Below are positions 37,170-51,400 of a stretch of 64,000 bases of DNA, piece by piece; positions within the stretch are counted from its first letter, which is position 1; the number at the start of each line of letters is the position of its first letter. A model generated the notes under the pieces. The model was not told the origin of the DNA. It saw only the letters and a program-made list of their open reading frames with translations, and did no database searches. The position numbers and the translations under genes are program-made. Location: assembly GCA_002633005.1 (NCBI GenBank), contig NMRA01000045.1, forward strand, positions 985,552 through 1,049,551. Reading direction: 5' to 3'. This stretch comes from Phoronis australis (taxonomy: Eukaryota; Animalia; Phoronida).

Positions 37170-37581
37170 GCTTTGATACTCTCTAAAAGTCTCACCTAAA
37201 GCCCATATGTTCGCTTAACTGGAAACCGTGGGCTCGTGTACTTCTGTCTTTGGATGTGACTAGAGCGCACTGCCCAGTGAGCAGAATGCAATTTCTCACA
37301 TGACCTGGAATGTGTTACGACACGACAAACCTCGGAATTTTGACAAGATTTTGCCCATGTCATAAACCTGAGACTCTTGTAGGATTCTCTATTTCTTAAC
37401 TACTTCGTTCTTTTTCATGAAAATTTCCGAATGAGTCATGCAGTGCTCTAGCGGAAAACGCTAATTATACTTGAAAACGTGTAACGAACGTACAAAAATC
37501 CTGGGATATTTGAGACACTTCTGACCGGTGTTCGATGTAAGTCTGATTGAATTTCTCTAATCGATCTGTGGTCCCTATAAC

Positions 37582-39130
37582 TTAGTGGGCTATAGCGTGC
37601 GCACGGTTAGCAGGAAAGGTCCCTGATAGGACGGAGCCCCGTTGGACAGCGAGGTAATCTGCACGCTCATTAATCAAGACAATGGCGTGGCCAGGTACGA
37701 AAGACAAGATCACTGTATGATGAGGGTGGCGTGATTGGAAGACACCCCAGTTGGCTGGGAGATTTCCAGAATTAACTTTCATCAACACTTCCATGGAATC
37801 GGTGGCAAAGATAATGGTGTGATTTTCCAGGTCTAGGTGTGACAGCTTGGTTAGGGCACGTTGTATAGCCTCAAACCCCATCCGTGTGCTACTTGTGTAT
37901 ACACGATGGCAGCCGCTGCATTCCGCTACGGCGTTGTCAGCACACAGTATTTGGTAGCCCAATCCCGCACGATTGGTTTCACCATCGAAGGATCCATCTG
38001 TTGCTACAATGATGGCATTAATACAGCCAATATCACGCCATTGCTGACGGCACAATGCCTTGGCTACTCCGGGAGGCCATTCTCGAGCTTCCCTGTTGAA
38101 AGCGATGGTGACATTCGGTCTCTCACCGAATTCTTGTACTGGCAGCCAAGCAGCATCTTGTGCGATCATGTGTTAGCCGATGAGGCCCATGGTTGCGTTT
38201 ACAGCAGCGACAGTCCAGGGGTACCTGCTATGTCTTTGGTAGGACGCATTGCGTAAAGGTCTAGGGCGAAGGCTGCTGTTGCAGAGACGGGGTTCAAGCG
38301 TCTGTCAAAAGCAGTCTTCACGTGACTGTGTAACGGATGGAAGGGGCTTTGAACACCTTGGCTACAGTTATAGCTTGTAGAAGAGACAAGGTAGCGCAAT
38401 GCTGTGACTGAAGTCAATCTCGTACATCCAGTGATGACGCAAAGACCAATGTTTTGGAGTCTCTCAAGTCTGTTGATTTTACGGATGTTAATCATGGGGA
38501 GAGCGTAGTCGAAGACTGAATTGACGAGGGCTTTAGAAAGCATGACGAGGTGCCTTTCCTCCGCCTTCCGACCGGCCGCAACCCTAAGTGCGTTGATTCC
38601 TCTGTTAGCACGGCTGATAATACTGTTAACTTGAGCTGTGAAGTTGAGCCTGAGGTCGAGTTCTACACTCAAGTGACGCATCTGGTCTTATGTTGCAATC
38701 CTCTTCCCATCGTAGGTAGGACAAGGGAAATCATCGACACTTAGGCGATTGTCCAGAGTACAGAAGAAAGCGTCACATTCGTCACCATTGCAGCTCATTC
38801 CTCTGGTAGCACAATACTCGCAGATTTCTGTCAAAGTGCTTTGTGGAGAATCTCATGATGTGTTTGTCCTTGTGATGACAGCAGCATGTCTTCTGAAAAA
38901 GTACGAAGTCGGCAGTCGTCTCAGTTCAGTCTGGCGAGTGGGAGGGTGTAGACATTGAACGGCACTGGGGACAGAGGTGAACGTTGAGGTAAGCCTGTTT
39001 TGACAGATTCCCGTTCTGAACGCCACGTGTAATGTTTTAGCATGTATCGCCGGCTGTTGAGGGTGCTCGGCACCCATTAATGCACTGTGCAGGAATACAG
39101 AGATGAAGCACGCCATCCGCAAGTTTTGGA
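37582..39130 (-). mobile_element. Decayed RNase H-containing LINE (I/Nimb/Ingi-like): RT + RNase H
   Basis: Frameshifted RT motif GLPQRSPLSPVPFNVY and ELDLRLNF...LERLQN. RNase H motifs ATDGS...AGLG, SSTRM..EAI, FATDS, FVPGH..NERADYLA. Confidence 0.9.
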
Positions 39131-39137
39131 AGCTGAA

Positions 39138-42100
39138 CAAGGCCAACGAGTAGAGTGTTTTCTTTATTTTCAAAACCTTGCCATATCTCATCTGCAACAG
39201 AAGCTGCATTGGCCTATGAATATCTACCTGGTCGATAAGCAGGCATTCCTGGGAGGAGCCAGGGTTCAATGAACTTGGTGATTCTTAGCGCCATAATCTT
39301 TTCAGGGATTTTTACGAATCGAATGAACTATGCTAGTCGCTGGTCAGCTCAGCTATACACTTGAGACCGGCAGCTCAGCTCGCATCTATCCTCCTGCGCT
39401 GGCCCTAAGTTCAAGATTCATTTTATTGCGGTTCAGTTTGGGGAAAATTCATTTTATTAGCTCAGGGTCATGCTTTGAAGTTATATTATGAAATTGTGGG
39501 GTTCCGGAATGCACTAGGGCCTACTGTATGGTTACATCTTGTTTTGAAAATGGGTGCGTGATCTATGCTGCAAAAATGGCACCCCCTAACAACAGTGTCC
39601 TTGCCCGGGTCCTCAAAGGGTAAACCAATTTGACAAATGTTCTCTTGATTGTACTCTCTTCTTTATGTTCCGCTGTCTTACTTTTCTCAACACGCCCCCG
39701 CGCTACGCCTCGGTATACCGGTTGCCGCAACAAATTATTGGGGGCACGTGCCTCCCGCTACCTATGTCCCTGTTTAGTACACAGCCGGGAGTTCAAATTC
39801 AGTTCTCTTGTTAGTGAATGTAAACCAGGACACACCAATAAACACAATCCTGAGTTTATGGGGTCTTAAATTAAAACCACTAATCTTGTTCCGAAGTCAA
39901 TAAGCAATGGCTGCATTTATTGTCATTTGAATTGCGAGTACATTTGGGGACACCCTGTAGACCTCTCAAAATGTCATCAATATCTTTGAGCGTTATGTCA
40001 AGATAGGCAAAGATCGTCTAGTGTAGGCCTACTTTACTACTTGGGTATCGGATGCAACTAAGTTCCCTTAGCATCATGAATACTTATTGACAAAATTAGA
40101 TTCTAATTGTCAAAAAATCATTTATGAATCATTCGATTTCCGTAAATACGTATGCATGTAAATAACATACCAGTAATTTCATTGTTTCTAAAAACAGAGT
40201 ATTGTATTCCCGAGGGCATGCTCTCAGATTCTTGACAGGCAACTGGGTGAAAATGGGAGACCGGGCATCCCACGGGGTTTGGGGGTCCCCCAAGAAATTT
40301 TTCCAAATTCGTTCTCGTCAATGCGTATTTTGGTTCATTCTAGAAGTAGTTATTATGGTTTATGAGTCAACTTGAACTCCAAAAATCGTTGAAATCTTTG
40401 TTTATGATTGCCATTACATGTACTTTACTTCGAGTACGTTTGTAATGTACTCTTTACACAGTCATCAAAAATCGTACCCGTACTGTCTGTTCGATATGTG
40501 CGACATTTTGTCATTATAAAAGTACCGGAAATGTCCCTTTTACGTAATTCACAAATAGTGGTCTTCTTGTTCTTCAAACTTCCATCCTTTCGATGACAGT
40601 CTATCCTATTGCATTTTTCAAAACGATCATTTTTGGTTGTTTGAGCCTAATGTCTCGATACTGCGGCGCTATCCACGAATTTGTTTTTTTTTTCGATAAA
40701 TTTGGAATCTTATGTTTCTACAGCCGAGATCGTGGACTTTTTCCGTTCCCAACATGCTCACAAACACAAGAAAGTCAGGTTCATTGAGCCTACTAGTAAT
40801 ATCTACCTCAAAACTGCAGACAAACCTGACCTACCCCAAATATTTAAAAAATTTAAGGACACTGCAAACTGCCGGAGACTACAGTCTTATCGCACATTGC
40901 CACCCTGATTCACAGTGTCTGAGAGGATACAAACAGTCTAGAAGGGAGTGTCAAAAAAGACCAGAGTAACGGGTGTCCTAGATTTTAGAGTTAATTTTAC
41001 AAAGCGTGATGTGTGGATTGAATGGGGAGGAACGATGCTTTTAGTGAGAGTGACGGGGGTGTCTTTAAGGAGACGGGTATGTCAAGGTGAAAAAGGACGG
41101 TGAAACCACCACCACTAGCACCACCACCACCACCACCACTACAACAGCCATTCAAACCAGTATAAGTTCCAAACCTGAATTGCTTTAGTGACATTGCGAA
41201 TGACACACTATGGACAACATTTGGTCAATTTGCAAAAGATCAATTTTATTACTACATATTTTCTACACAAAGGCATAATCAAAGAGAATTAAAAACGACA
41301 CATATACTAAAACTGTTGTCAAATGCAATAATTTCTTATCAGTGTTCAGTGTGAATAGTTTACAACACAGAAGTAATTAAAGGAACTCAAACTAACCAAC
41401 TTCAAATAAAAATTAACCAGGTTTATGAACAACATTAGTCCGAAGCTTAATTGTTCAATATTAGGCAACACATCATAAACTTTATGACCAACTTTTGCTC
41501 TATTCATTGTGTTTATTACATTAGCCGTTACCCAATGTTTTGGTTATGACTGACAAAAAACGATAACAGGTCTTTTAGTTAGATCTGAAACAACAATTTG
41601 AGCGTATAAGCGAACCGTTGTCCAATGAAGCTTCCAAAGTCACTAATATTATTTGGAAGGCCTTATCTTCATTTGTTCATATTAAACTTAGAATACTTGA
41701 AAAATCTTCAATGCCCAAATACTACCAATTCTAAATTGCTCTAGTGAAGTAAGCGGCGTTTACGAGGCCAAAGATGTGAATAATGCACACAATAATATTG
41801 ATGTTAGTAGTGAAAGAGATTACACCAGGCATATGATATTATCTGTTCCTGAATTTGACTGATAAAATCTTAGATTTTCATGAAATGAAAAAAAAAATAT
41901 TGCACGAAGTTAATTTGTGTAGACCTAAATAAGTATATGTCAAAGATTTGCCAAAAACAGCTTAGGCATGATGAGAAAGGTGTGGAAATTTGGGCTCTGA
42001 AGGTAAGAACTCCGTTGGCGAGACGATAACGTCAAAGAAGTTTGGAACAGGCAGGCAGTGGCAAATAAAACTTAATATTTCAATAAGAAAAGTATAACTT

Positions 42101-43415
42101 AAAAAATCTTGGCGAACATCGACACCTGAAACTTTTTGGACGTCTACCGTAAGCTTTAATTATATAAAATGTTAAAAGCACGGGCGGCGGACCATTGGGA
42201 GCTGAGGGCTGTTGCCCTCCACTTATTTCAGTGTTGCGCCGCCCATCGACATGGACAGAGCACCTGATAGGGGGCTGAGGGGCTATAGCCCCAACTTATT
42301 CCAGTGTTGCGCAGACAAGAAAAAGCGATTTGCTTTTCTCGGAGTATTTAATGTTGTTAAAATTAAAGTATCAAGGTAACTGTGGCACAATTCAGATTCT
42401 CGGCTCACGATCTCATGATAGAAAAGTCTAGAGCCGGTGTAGTCAGTGGGAAGTCACAGTGTAGAGTCGGGTTAGCGAACGGTAAGAGAAATGTGAACTG
42501 TGTTTAGAGGAGAGAGTGAAACTGAACTTCACTTCCCGTTTTCGAACATTTACGTTGGAATAGTCTTCCAGATTTTCCTTTAAGAAATGGGGGAGAATAG
42601 TATGTATTTGACGCTCTGAGAAATATAAACCTGGTAGTTGCTACAGAAGTAGCGAATATTTATTTTTAGCAAATAAACGATAAATGCAGCAAGGCTGTTT
42701 TTCGGTATTCATTCCAATCTCACAGTCTCGAAGAACGCATTTCCGGATGTTAGTACTGTTTCAGTTCCACGGTTTGCGACGGCCAACCACTTCAACTTCA
42801 CACAGCGTGAGAGTCTCGTGCTGCCCAGGTATCTGTATGACCAAGTAACGTCCATATGTAGGGCACGTGTCACATTCAAAACTTGTTGTCGCTCCGTCTG
42901 GAAAAACTCCGTCGAAGAGTTTGCATAACGTATAATCGCTTTGATTTCTATCATTTGGAGTACCTTGGACGTCAGTAACTTTAATCTCAAAATCGTGAAG
43001 TCTGAAACCTAAAAAATAAGCAAGTTAAGGGAGTGGACTAGTAAGGGGGAGAGCAGAGGAAACCCTCCTTTGAGACCACCAACAGCAAAGAAAAACAGTA
43101 TTAGATTGAATACGCTCCAACCCGTTTTACGATTACGACTTTCTCAGGTTGTTAACATTTTAGTAAATTTGTCGAACAATACAGCATATTAAAGACGAGT
43201 TGCTTGGTTGCTAGACGCACTCAAGACATTTTTTCCTCAGTGGTCAGTCGGGATTTGGACATAACATTTAGGTCTAAAAAATGCTCCTGCACAATACAAT
43301 CACCGAGTCACTGACCTACTGTTAATTGACATTTAAACATGCGTAGTTGTCACCAGATTACGACGACCACAAGGACATTTTAACAACACAACTGACGGAA
43401 GGGTTCGCCAGATTA
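39138..43415. repeat. Segmental duplication copy A (copy B = 59829 to the window end)
   Basis: Collinear homology from CAAGGCCAACGAGTAGA to GGGTTCGCCAGATTA. Copy A has private insertions at ~39361-40751 and ~42147-42550. Confidence 0.9.
41540..42146 (+). mobile_element. Decayed LINE ORF2 C-terminal remnant (duplicated at ~62360-62960)
   Basis: KIFNAQILPILNCSSE.SGFHEAKDVNNVHN and WTKLIYVDPNRYLSKICQKQFRLDEKGVEIWVLKVR (copy B reading), typical post-RT LINE motifs interrupted by stops. Confidence 0.7.
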
Positions 43416-46400
43416 GACCACTGGCCCAGGCTGATATTTCGGCGCACAGATACTATGCAAACGAGTGCAAGACGCAACACGACGATGTGAACGGTGAATG
43501 TAGTCGTGAAAATATTGGTGTAAATTGCGATTTGAGATCAGAAACTGACAAGAAAACTGCCAGAATTATATGAAATATATCTTTGTCTGGACAGCTAACT
43601 GTAATGCATTTTTCACGTTGTGTTCGTCACAGCCACTGAGCCAGAGAGTGCAATCCTTTAATCGCAAAATCTTTTATTAAATTTGCCCCCAGGATATCTT
43701 CTAGTGACATGAATCCATGATTCCTTTCTCTGTCAGTTGAGCATCGCTAGGAAACGTATAAAAGGAAACAGAATCTTTCTTTTCTTTCTTTTTGGTTGAG
43801 TTACTGCTCAGCGTCACACAGAAATGAACGACACCATGTTGTCAAATGAGCGGCATACACAGCCTCTCTTTTGAGCAAAATCATTTGAAGCTGTCGCGAA
43901 TGTGCAAGTAGGGAATAGATAGTGACAGAGCAATTACTATTATTTCGTTATTATTCTGTTAATTTTAGTTTTTTTGAAAGAAGAAAAATCCAATAGAAGT
44001 ACAATGATGACCTCAACCTGCCCTTACGCAGATCATAGGTGGTCGGAGTTTATACATCAAAGTGTTTTTTCAATGGCTCGGCTCTACTTCACTATTATTG
44101 TCGAGGACACAGTGTGGCCTTTTGAAATAAAGTGTCCGCCCCCTTTACTCAAGGTCATGGGTTCGAGTCCCAATGGAGGATACGGCTATGTTTGCGAATG
44201 TTGTGACACGTGATTTCCAGGTGTGACGTACAGCCAGATAAAGCTTCTCTAAATCGCTTTCCAAATGGCAATTGCCAGCTGAACTCTTGGATTGGTGCTA
44301 AGCTGTCAAACGTGCAGCCCGGGTTCAAACCCCCTTGTCGGCTAAAATTTCCATAAGAATGTTGAACGGCACCAGGTATCTCGGTTGTCTGCTTGACATA
44401 ATTGATGAGTGTTGGCTGAAAGCCTTTTTTGACTCCATTTTTTGGAGGAAATTATCAGACACACTCGAATTGCATATCAAATATTAACCTTTCTCACATG
44501 ATCTGAAATGTGTTACGACACGACTGGTTAATAACACCGGTTACGAATTGTTTGATATTATATGGGTGAATCACAAAGAAGTGCAAAGTAGAAATCCATA
44601 CGCCTTACAGTTTATCGTGTGCAAAAGACTTATACCAACAACCAAACGACCCCCAACGAAACAATGCCGGAATTCCATGAAAATGACGAAGGTTCGACTG
44701 AAAATCGGGTGCCGCATATTGAAAGGTCATACAAACAACTTATTAAACGGACCCACCCATCTTCGACGGCGAATTTCATATCCCTGTCATTCGAACAAAG
44801 ACGAATCCCAACTCAACGCGGTGAGACTGACACGCTGTGCTGTCTCAAGGTCAAATCGTTGCAGCAACGCGCCAAGTAATCATACGAGTTTCAAAGTAAA
44901 ATAAAACGAACGATAAGCAAGGCGTGTCTTTTCAATCTGTAAAGTAAATATTAGTCGTCTTCGAATTTTTAGATAAATTAGAGAATAGGTTTTCTTCAGC
45001 AGCGCGGGTAAGCCCCACCAACTAATTAACTTTTATTTAAGGTTGGTTTAGTTACAAAAGTCTGGCTAATAGCGTTGGGGTGACAAAAGGCCATTGTTAG
45101 CGGACGAGTTGCCTCATGCCAAAAGCCTCATGAATAAAACCGAAACAAGGTAGGAAAACATTAATGCGAGGCACATTTACTGCAATCTAAATGGGTCTTA
45201 GCAAGTACAAACAAAATTTACCACCATATTGCCCTCTGTTCGTGATCGTAACTTGTGTAATGCCATAGACAGCTTCTAAGTCAACTTGCCACCATGGGTT
45301 TGCCTCATTAACATTTGTATGAGAACAAGAATCCTCGTAGTCTTTGTTGTTTTTGTTGCCATCGACAGCGTTTGAGGACGAAAAGTCATAATCTCCAATG
45401 AACGTGCTTGACTGACTGGTTGGCTTCCCTCTAGATATGTGACCTATGTGGCAATAAACGTTGCAAAGTTAAAAGTAAATCCACAGTTTAAAGAAAATGA
45501 TACATGTACAAATATTTTTATTCCGTTTTTCTGGTTCTTATTTTTTCTCGGCAAGCAAAACTGTACGCAACTACATTGGCACAGTGTAAGCACTTGCAAT
45601 ATTCCATTAGACAACGATTTGTGTTTCAAGTAGAATGCTACCGTTGCGGCGTGCAAGTACGTATCAAAGGAAACTAGTGAATTTGGCAATTCCAACATGC
45701 AAATCAAGCTTATAATTCCAGCCAATGACATTGTGGAAACATATTAAAACACGACGACAGTCTGCCATCATAGTCCTATTAACATCGGTTGTCACCGAAT
45801 GCATTGCGGTGGCACTCAATATTTTTTTAGCTACAGTTGAATTTGCCTCCTCCAATTTCATTAAAGTGATTAAAACCATCATTTATCTTGTTTCGACAAA
45901 TGGCGACATTGTCAACATCATTATATCATTATTTATACCACTGCTTGTCATAAACGTGAATTCAACGTCCCCAAAACCGAGACAATAGAAGAAAGGCGAC
46001 TTCAACTGAAAGATTTTTAACTCTACTTGTGTGTGACGCATTGAAGTACCCAGCGTCATTTTGCCATGTGCACCGACTCGCGAGTTCGTTGCACAATCTT
46101 GTTCCATATCTGCTCTCCTGTGATGTTCAACCACAGGAAAGCGAAAAGAGTCACAGCCACCACAAACTTCGCCTCGCCGTTTTTTTATACCAGAAACCAC
46201 CTGAAGCAATATCTGGCGACTTTTCACACTAGACAGAGTTGAGGATCACGAATGATATGATTGGTTGTCCCGATTCAGCGTAGTATGTATCGACCAATAA
46301 ATGTTCGTAACTTGAGATCAGAGAGTCAAATAGTGTTTGAGAGGGTCCTAATTTGACATCTGATCAATTCATTGGTGGGCTTGTTTCTTGGTATTTGAAT

Positions 46401-48419
46401 ATGAAAATGTTGCACGTGATCCTTCTGAGCACTGTTTCCACTGGTGGGGACTTTTTTAGACGACCATTTCATTTGAGCATGTATTCGTTGCTATTAGGGA
46501 TGGTTTGCAGAAGTCTCTTGAAATTTTCTACCATAAACCTTTTTTGTGAGATTTGCTGGAACGTAAGTACATCTTCCTCAGTGGAGGGTTAACCTCTGCC
46601 GGAATGCCGGACGCAATTATGCAAAGGTCAAGTCTCTGCACTGGATCGCGTTCGACGAGACATTCACGGTCTACCTGGTACACCATTCGACATTCCACTC
46701 TCGCAAAACCTAAGTCAATGCCTGAGCTCGAATGGCTTATGCTTCTTGTCAATACTGCATGCCACATTATTTTGCGTGCGGTCAATTTTAGACCCGATAG
46801 ACTTTGTGAGACTTTCTCGAGAACCTTTAAACTCTTCACACCATTTCCATGATTGCTTGAATTGCGTTTCCAACAATTCTGTTATATTTTAAGCATTTCT
46901 TCTTCAATTTGGGTACTTGTAGTCAAGAAATAAAAGCACAAATTAAAAAATACAAACTTTCTGTGACGTCATCAGTGGAAGTCCGGTCTCCGCTTTTGTG
47001 CAGTTATACAATCTACTTAATTGTTTAAAACAGTCATTGATCGGACCACTCGTGAGTTCTACATTTCTATTGTGTACAAAATTTAGAGAATTTGCTCGGA
47101 GGAAAGGGGTAATGTTGAAGTTTAACAAGTTAAACAATTTAAAGGCAATACAAATTAGATATAAATATTCCCTACATGTTGATAATCAGCGAACAGTGGG
47201 AAACATACCAAATAATGAAAAACAATTAAGAATTGACGGTGGAATATTTTTAGATGAACTACTTATGGAAATGCGAGGCAAGACAATTGCTTACTCGGTG
47301 GATAAATAGAAATTGCAATACAGCACAGAAAAAAATAAATTGGAATAAATATTGAATTTGGAACGCTAAATTTCTCTTGATAAATCAGATTTAGAAATTT
47401 TGGAAAGCAAATAAAATGAGTTATTAAGTGTAATAAAAGAAAAACATAAAGGTCAAATTATTCCTCAAAAGCAAACAGGATTGAAAAGGGATAGCTCCCA
47501 AAATGAATCAGTAATGTAGAATCTAAACATTACTGCAATAAGCTTGTTTATAACATTGAATTAGATTACCGACAAGTAATTAGAGAACAAAAAAACCATA
47601 ACAAAAGTTTCTATAAACAACTGTATACTAAGAAAAGAAATGACAAGTTTGACAAATATTAAAACACCATAGTTTAGCGTCTTTTCTGTAAAATACACAA
47701 GGGATTTTGTTACCCAGTGAGACTTATGATTTGGAGGGAAGTATTACTCTAGACGAGATGTTTTACGTCTTAAGAAAAAAAACTAACAAAAGTCCCAGCT
47801 CAGTTGTTTTTCAGTGGAGGTCGTTAAAATTCTTTGGCATGACTTGAAATATTTCATTCTACGGCATATCAATTCAAATTACGTCAAACCTAAAATGTCT
47901 TTGACTCTGAGAACTGGTATTATTACATGCATTCCCAAATGTTATAAACTGCCAAACATAAACAGTTCCTGGGAAACTAGAAAGGTATTACTTTGCCAAA
48001 TGCAGTGTAAGAGTTAGCAACTGTGTGCGTAGTAAATGAGCTGAAAGGGTTTTTACAGAAGGTTATATCGAAAATTCAAAATGGTTTTTATTGAAGGCTG
48101 TGATTGTACAAGACTTAAATTGATGCTATGAATTATGCTGAAAGCCAAAAATACCAAAATCCTCCTGCAAATTTATTTTCAAAAAGGGTTTGTTAGTGAA
48201 TGATGGAATTTCATTTACAAAATTTTAAGCTTGTTCAGTTATAAAGAATCTATCATGCAGTAGATTGAAACATTCTGTAATAATCCAGTTGAACACGTAA
48301 TTCAGAATGGTTATTTGTCTAAGACCTTTCATCTACAAAGAGATTTTCGACAGGGTTGTTCTCGCTTTCTCTCTCCCTTTCCCCCTCTCTCTCTGTCTCT
48401 GTCTCTTTATCTCTCTCTA

Positions 48420-48474
<55 letters not shown>

Positions 48475-51400
48475 NCTCTCTCTCCCCCTCTCTTCTCTCT
48501 CCCCCTCCCTCCCTCCTCTCTGTCTCTTTCTCTGTATATTTTCATTCTTTGTGCCAAAATCTTGTCACTTACTGTGTAAAATAATAGAGATACAAATAGG
48601 ACTTTGCACCCTCACACTCTTCATTGCAGTGGGAAATGTATGGGACACCAGTGCAAATTTGCTATTCGATGACTTGATTACAATGCCAAGTTTTCTCTTG
48701 AGACGAATGACCCGAGCTATGCTCACTAAGGTCGGGTACGATCAGAATTGGCTGGCATTAGATGTCCAGTATTCAGTGTTAAATTTTGCATTCGCGCTTT
48801 CACAGACTCATCAAAGTTGTTTTTGCCTCCGCCTAAAACAAGTACGTTCCAGCAACTTCGAATGAAAATGTTGTCCAATTATGAGAGGAGTTACCTTAAT
48901 ATTAGAAGAATAAAAATCACCATGCAGCACAATGCATTTTGCGTGTAAACCGTTTTCTGGACAAACGTGACACTCCAGATAATTGCATTGTATAACTGAA
49001 TTAGGTGGAGCACTACGGTCTAGACAGAAATTTCGTAACTCACTGTAGCTCTTTTTGGCCCCAGGAGAAAACTTGGCTATGGTTACAATAACTACAAACA
49101 GGGCTAGTGAACTAAGGATGGATCAATACTAGCAATGCTAACCACACTGTCACTAAAGCTGAGGGACCCCAGGCAAATATGGTGTTACTTTTTAAAGTAA
49201 TCTGAGCCAAGTTGAAACAGCATAAAAACCATTGAGACACACTTTCTGATACTTAATCAGAACTTTTCGTAAACATGAGGTCGATCTACTGCCAGCATAC
49301 ACATTTTTCTTTTATTTATTTTCGTAAAACCTTCTCTATAAAAATAAATAAATGTCACTAACAATGCTTTGTGGTTTGACCTTTGGGCCACTCAAGACAC
49401 ATAGTCTGCTGTTTCCAGTACTGCGTCGAAGAAAAGTTCGCCTTAGGTAGCTAATATATTCGTTCCTTGACGATTCTGATGATAAGAGTCTTACCCATTT
49501 GGGCTGAACAGCCTGCGGATTGCTCTTAAAATTAGATGAAACCGAATTTGATAGTAATCGTTGTAAAATGCACAGATCATCTGGTGATCGAATCTTTGAC
49601 GGAGTCGAGTAAAATCTGCGGTGTCAATGTTGTGACTGAAACTGAGTGTGATGCGACTGCGGTTGGAGAGGCTCAGCTTTTTGTCACTAGGTGGTCGTTG
49701 GTTCGATTACTGCCTTCTGGCAATTGTCAGACTTTGGATTTGAATTATCCGTGCATTGTAACTACAATGTGAAAAACCTGTATGTCGCCAGAGATTCCAT
49801 TCTAGTCAGCTAGCTAAGACTACAAGAACACAATTAAACTGATGGACGCAATCAAAATTAGGTAGCTTTCGTAGACTAGGCAAGTTTCTTGCAAGAAAAG
49901 CGATATCACGCAACATCAGACGAGGTGTGCGGGCGACCAGTTTAATTATGGGTGGCGCAGCACTGAAATGAGTGGGGGGCTATACCACCAGCCCCCTATG
50001 GTGTGCCGCTCATTAATGCCTGTTCAGTGAAGAAATATGGTTCTCAAAATGCAGGACCATATGTGTGGTCGTGTCATGATTACAGGACAATATATAATGA
50101 ATGGGTCCTCAAAGGCAAAGGGGTGAAATCATAGGCAGATCATGTTTTAAATGTTGAACAGGTTACATCTCAGGTAACAGGGCATTTTGGCTTTGTAGTA
50201 TCAGTGATTCCCGATTTTGCAAATAAGGGCCTAGGGAAGGTTGGCGAATGTTCTTGTTTTTATCTTACGTACCCATTTTCAGAATTTTGGATATGCGACA
50301 CTGTCTTTCCACGCCTACTGTGCTAAGAACAAAACCCCTCAGTTTACGAGGTGGAGAGCCTAACGAGTGCTCTTAAAACACACATTTTTTCTTTGAATAT
50401 CAACCGTCTATTAAGTTAAAGTGGGTACTAAACTTAAGTAATCTGAACCATGAGTTTCAGTTTGAGATGCTCTCGCATTTTGACATGAATATGTATCCTA
50501 TAAAAATATTAATTAAGGCTATCCATGTACTTCGCAAACTCGCATTTTGTATGTTTGCCATGTTTTTTAAAGATCATCGTCGTGTGCGTCACCGCTGCAC
50601 CAGCAACAAACCACACGACTCAAGCAAGTGTGACATCATGCACAGAGTTCGGAACCATCCACAGAGGAATGGGCTTTGATGGCAAACGAGGTACGTTTTG
50701 AAGTCAAGGCAAGAAACATTCTTGTTCCCCAGTGCAATAGAATCCGGCGAATTTACCACAACTGCTTGTTTCCCCTGATGTTTCCTTTTATAAGTAATCA
50801 CACCAGTTTAACAAGTAAAAAACTGAGAATCTGCAGTAAAATACATTCGTTTAGTATCACTAAAAAGATGCTGCATTTTTAGATGAAAATCATACAGACT
50901 TAAATGATCATTAAATGAGGCACCGGGTTCTTGAAAAACAACACTAGTTTGCAGCTACACTGACACCAGCAAAAATGTTTTTGAAAAAACAACATTACCA
51001 GTTCATGTCGAGGTCTTGTTTAAACTACAACTCAAAAATAGTGTGGTCTGCATTTTCCAATTTTACAAAAGTGCGACATCTGAGGATGAGGGTACCGTAT
51101 TCAACTTGGTGCAATACCAGCTGTGATTGTCACCATGGTGTACGTATGGCAGGTGCTAAGAAATGTCCACAACAGTGAAAACAGCTGTAGGAAGCAAAAT
51201 GCCACCTGTATTTTGCTCATCTCTGTGAGCATTTCTTGGTAAAGACAGACGCGGGAAGTTTCTGGATGGAGTGCTGTTCTTCAAGACAACGCACCTACCC
51301 ATACTGCCCAAGTTGCGGTGGCTGAAGCAACTAGAAGTGGCATTGAAATCCTTCCGCACCCCACCTATACTCCACACCCCACCTATTCTCCATCCCCATT

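Noticed and set aside
44548-44904. Degenerate + strand lectin exon (GETDTLCC resembling ETLTLCEV)
   Set aside because: Only a ~17-nt similarity with no other F-type motifs in frame.
48307-48865. Leu/Ser-rich ORFs in the ORF track
   Set aside because: Translation of a (CT)n microsatellite inside a dead LINE.
49490-51210. Extra minus-strand coding exons inside lectin intron 2 (e.g. Cys-rich 50589-50775, ShK-like)
   Set aside because: Candidate exons contain in-frame stops, lack the full ShK cysteine pattern, and are not needed for the lectin reading frame.
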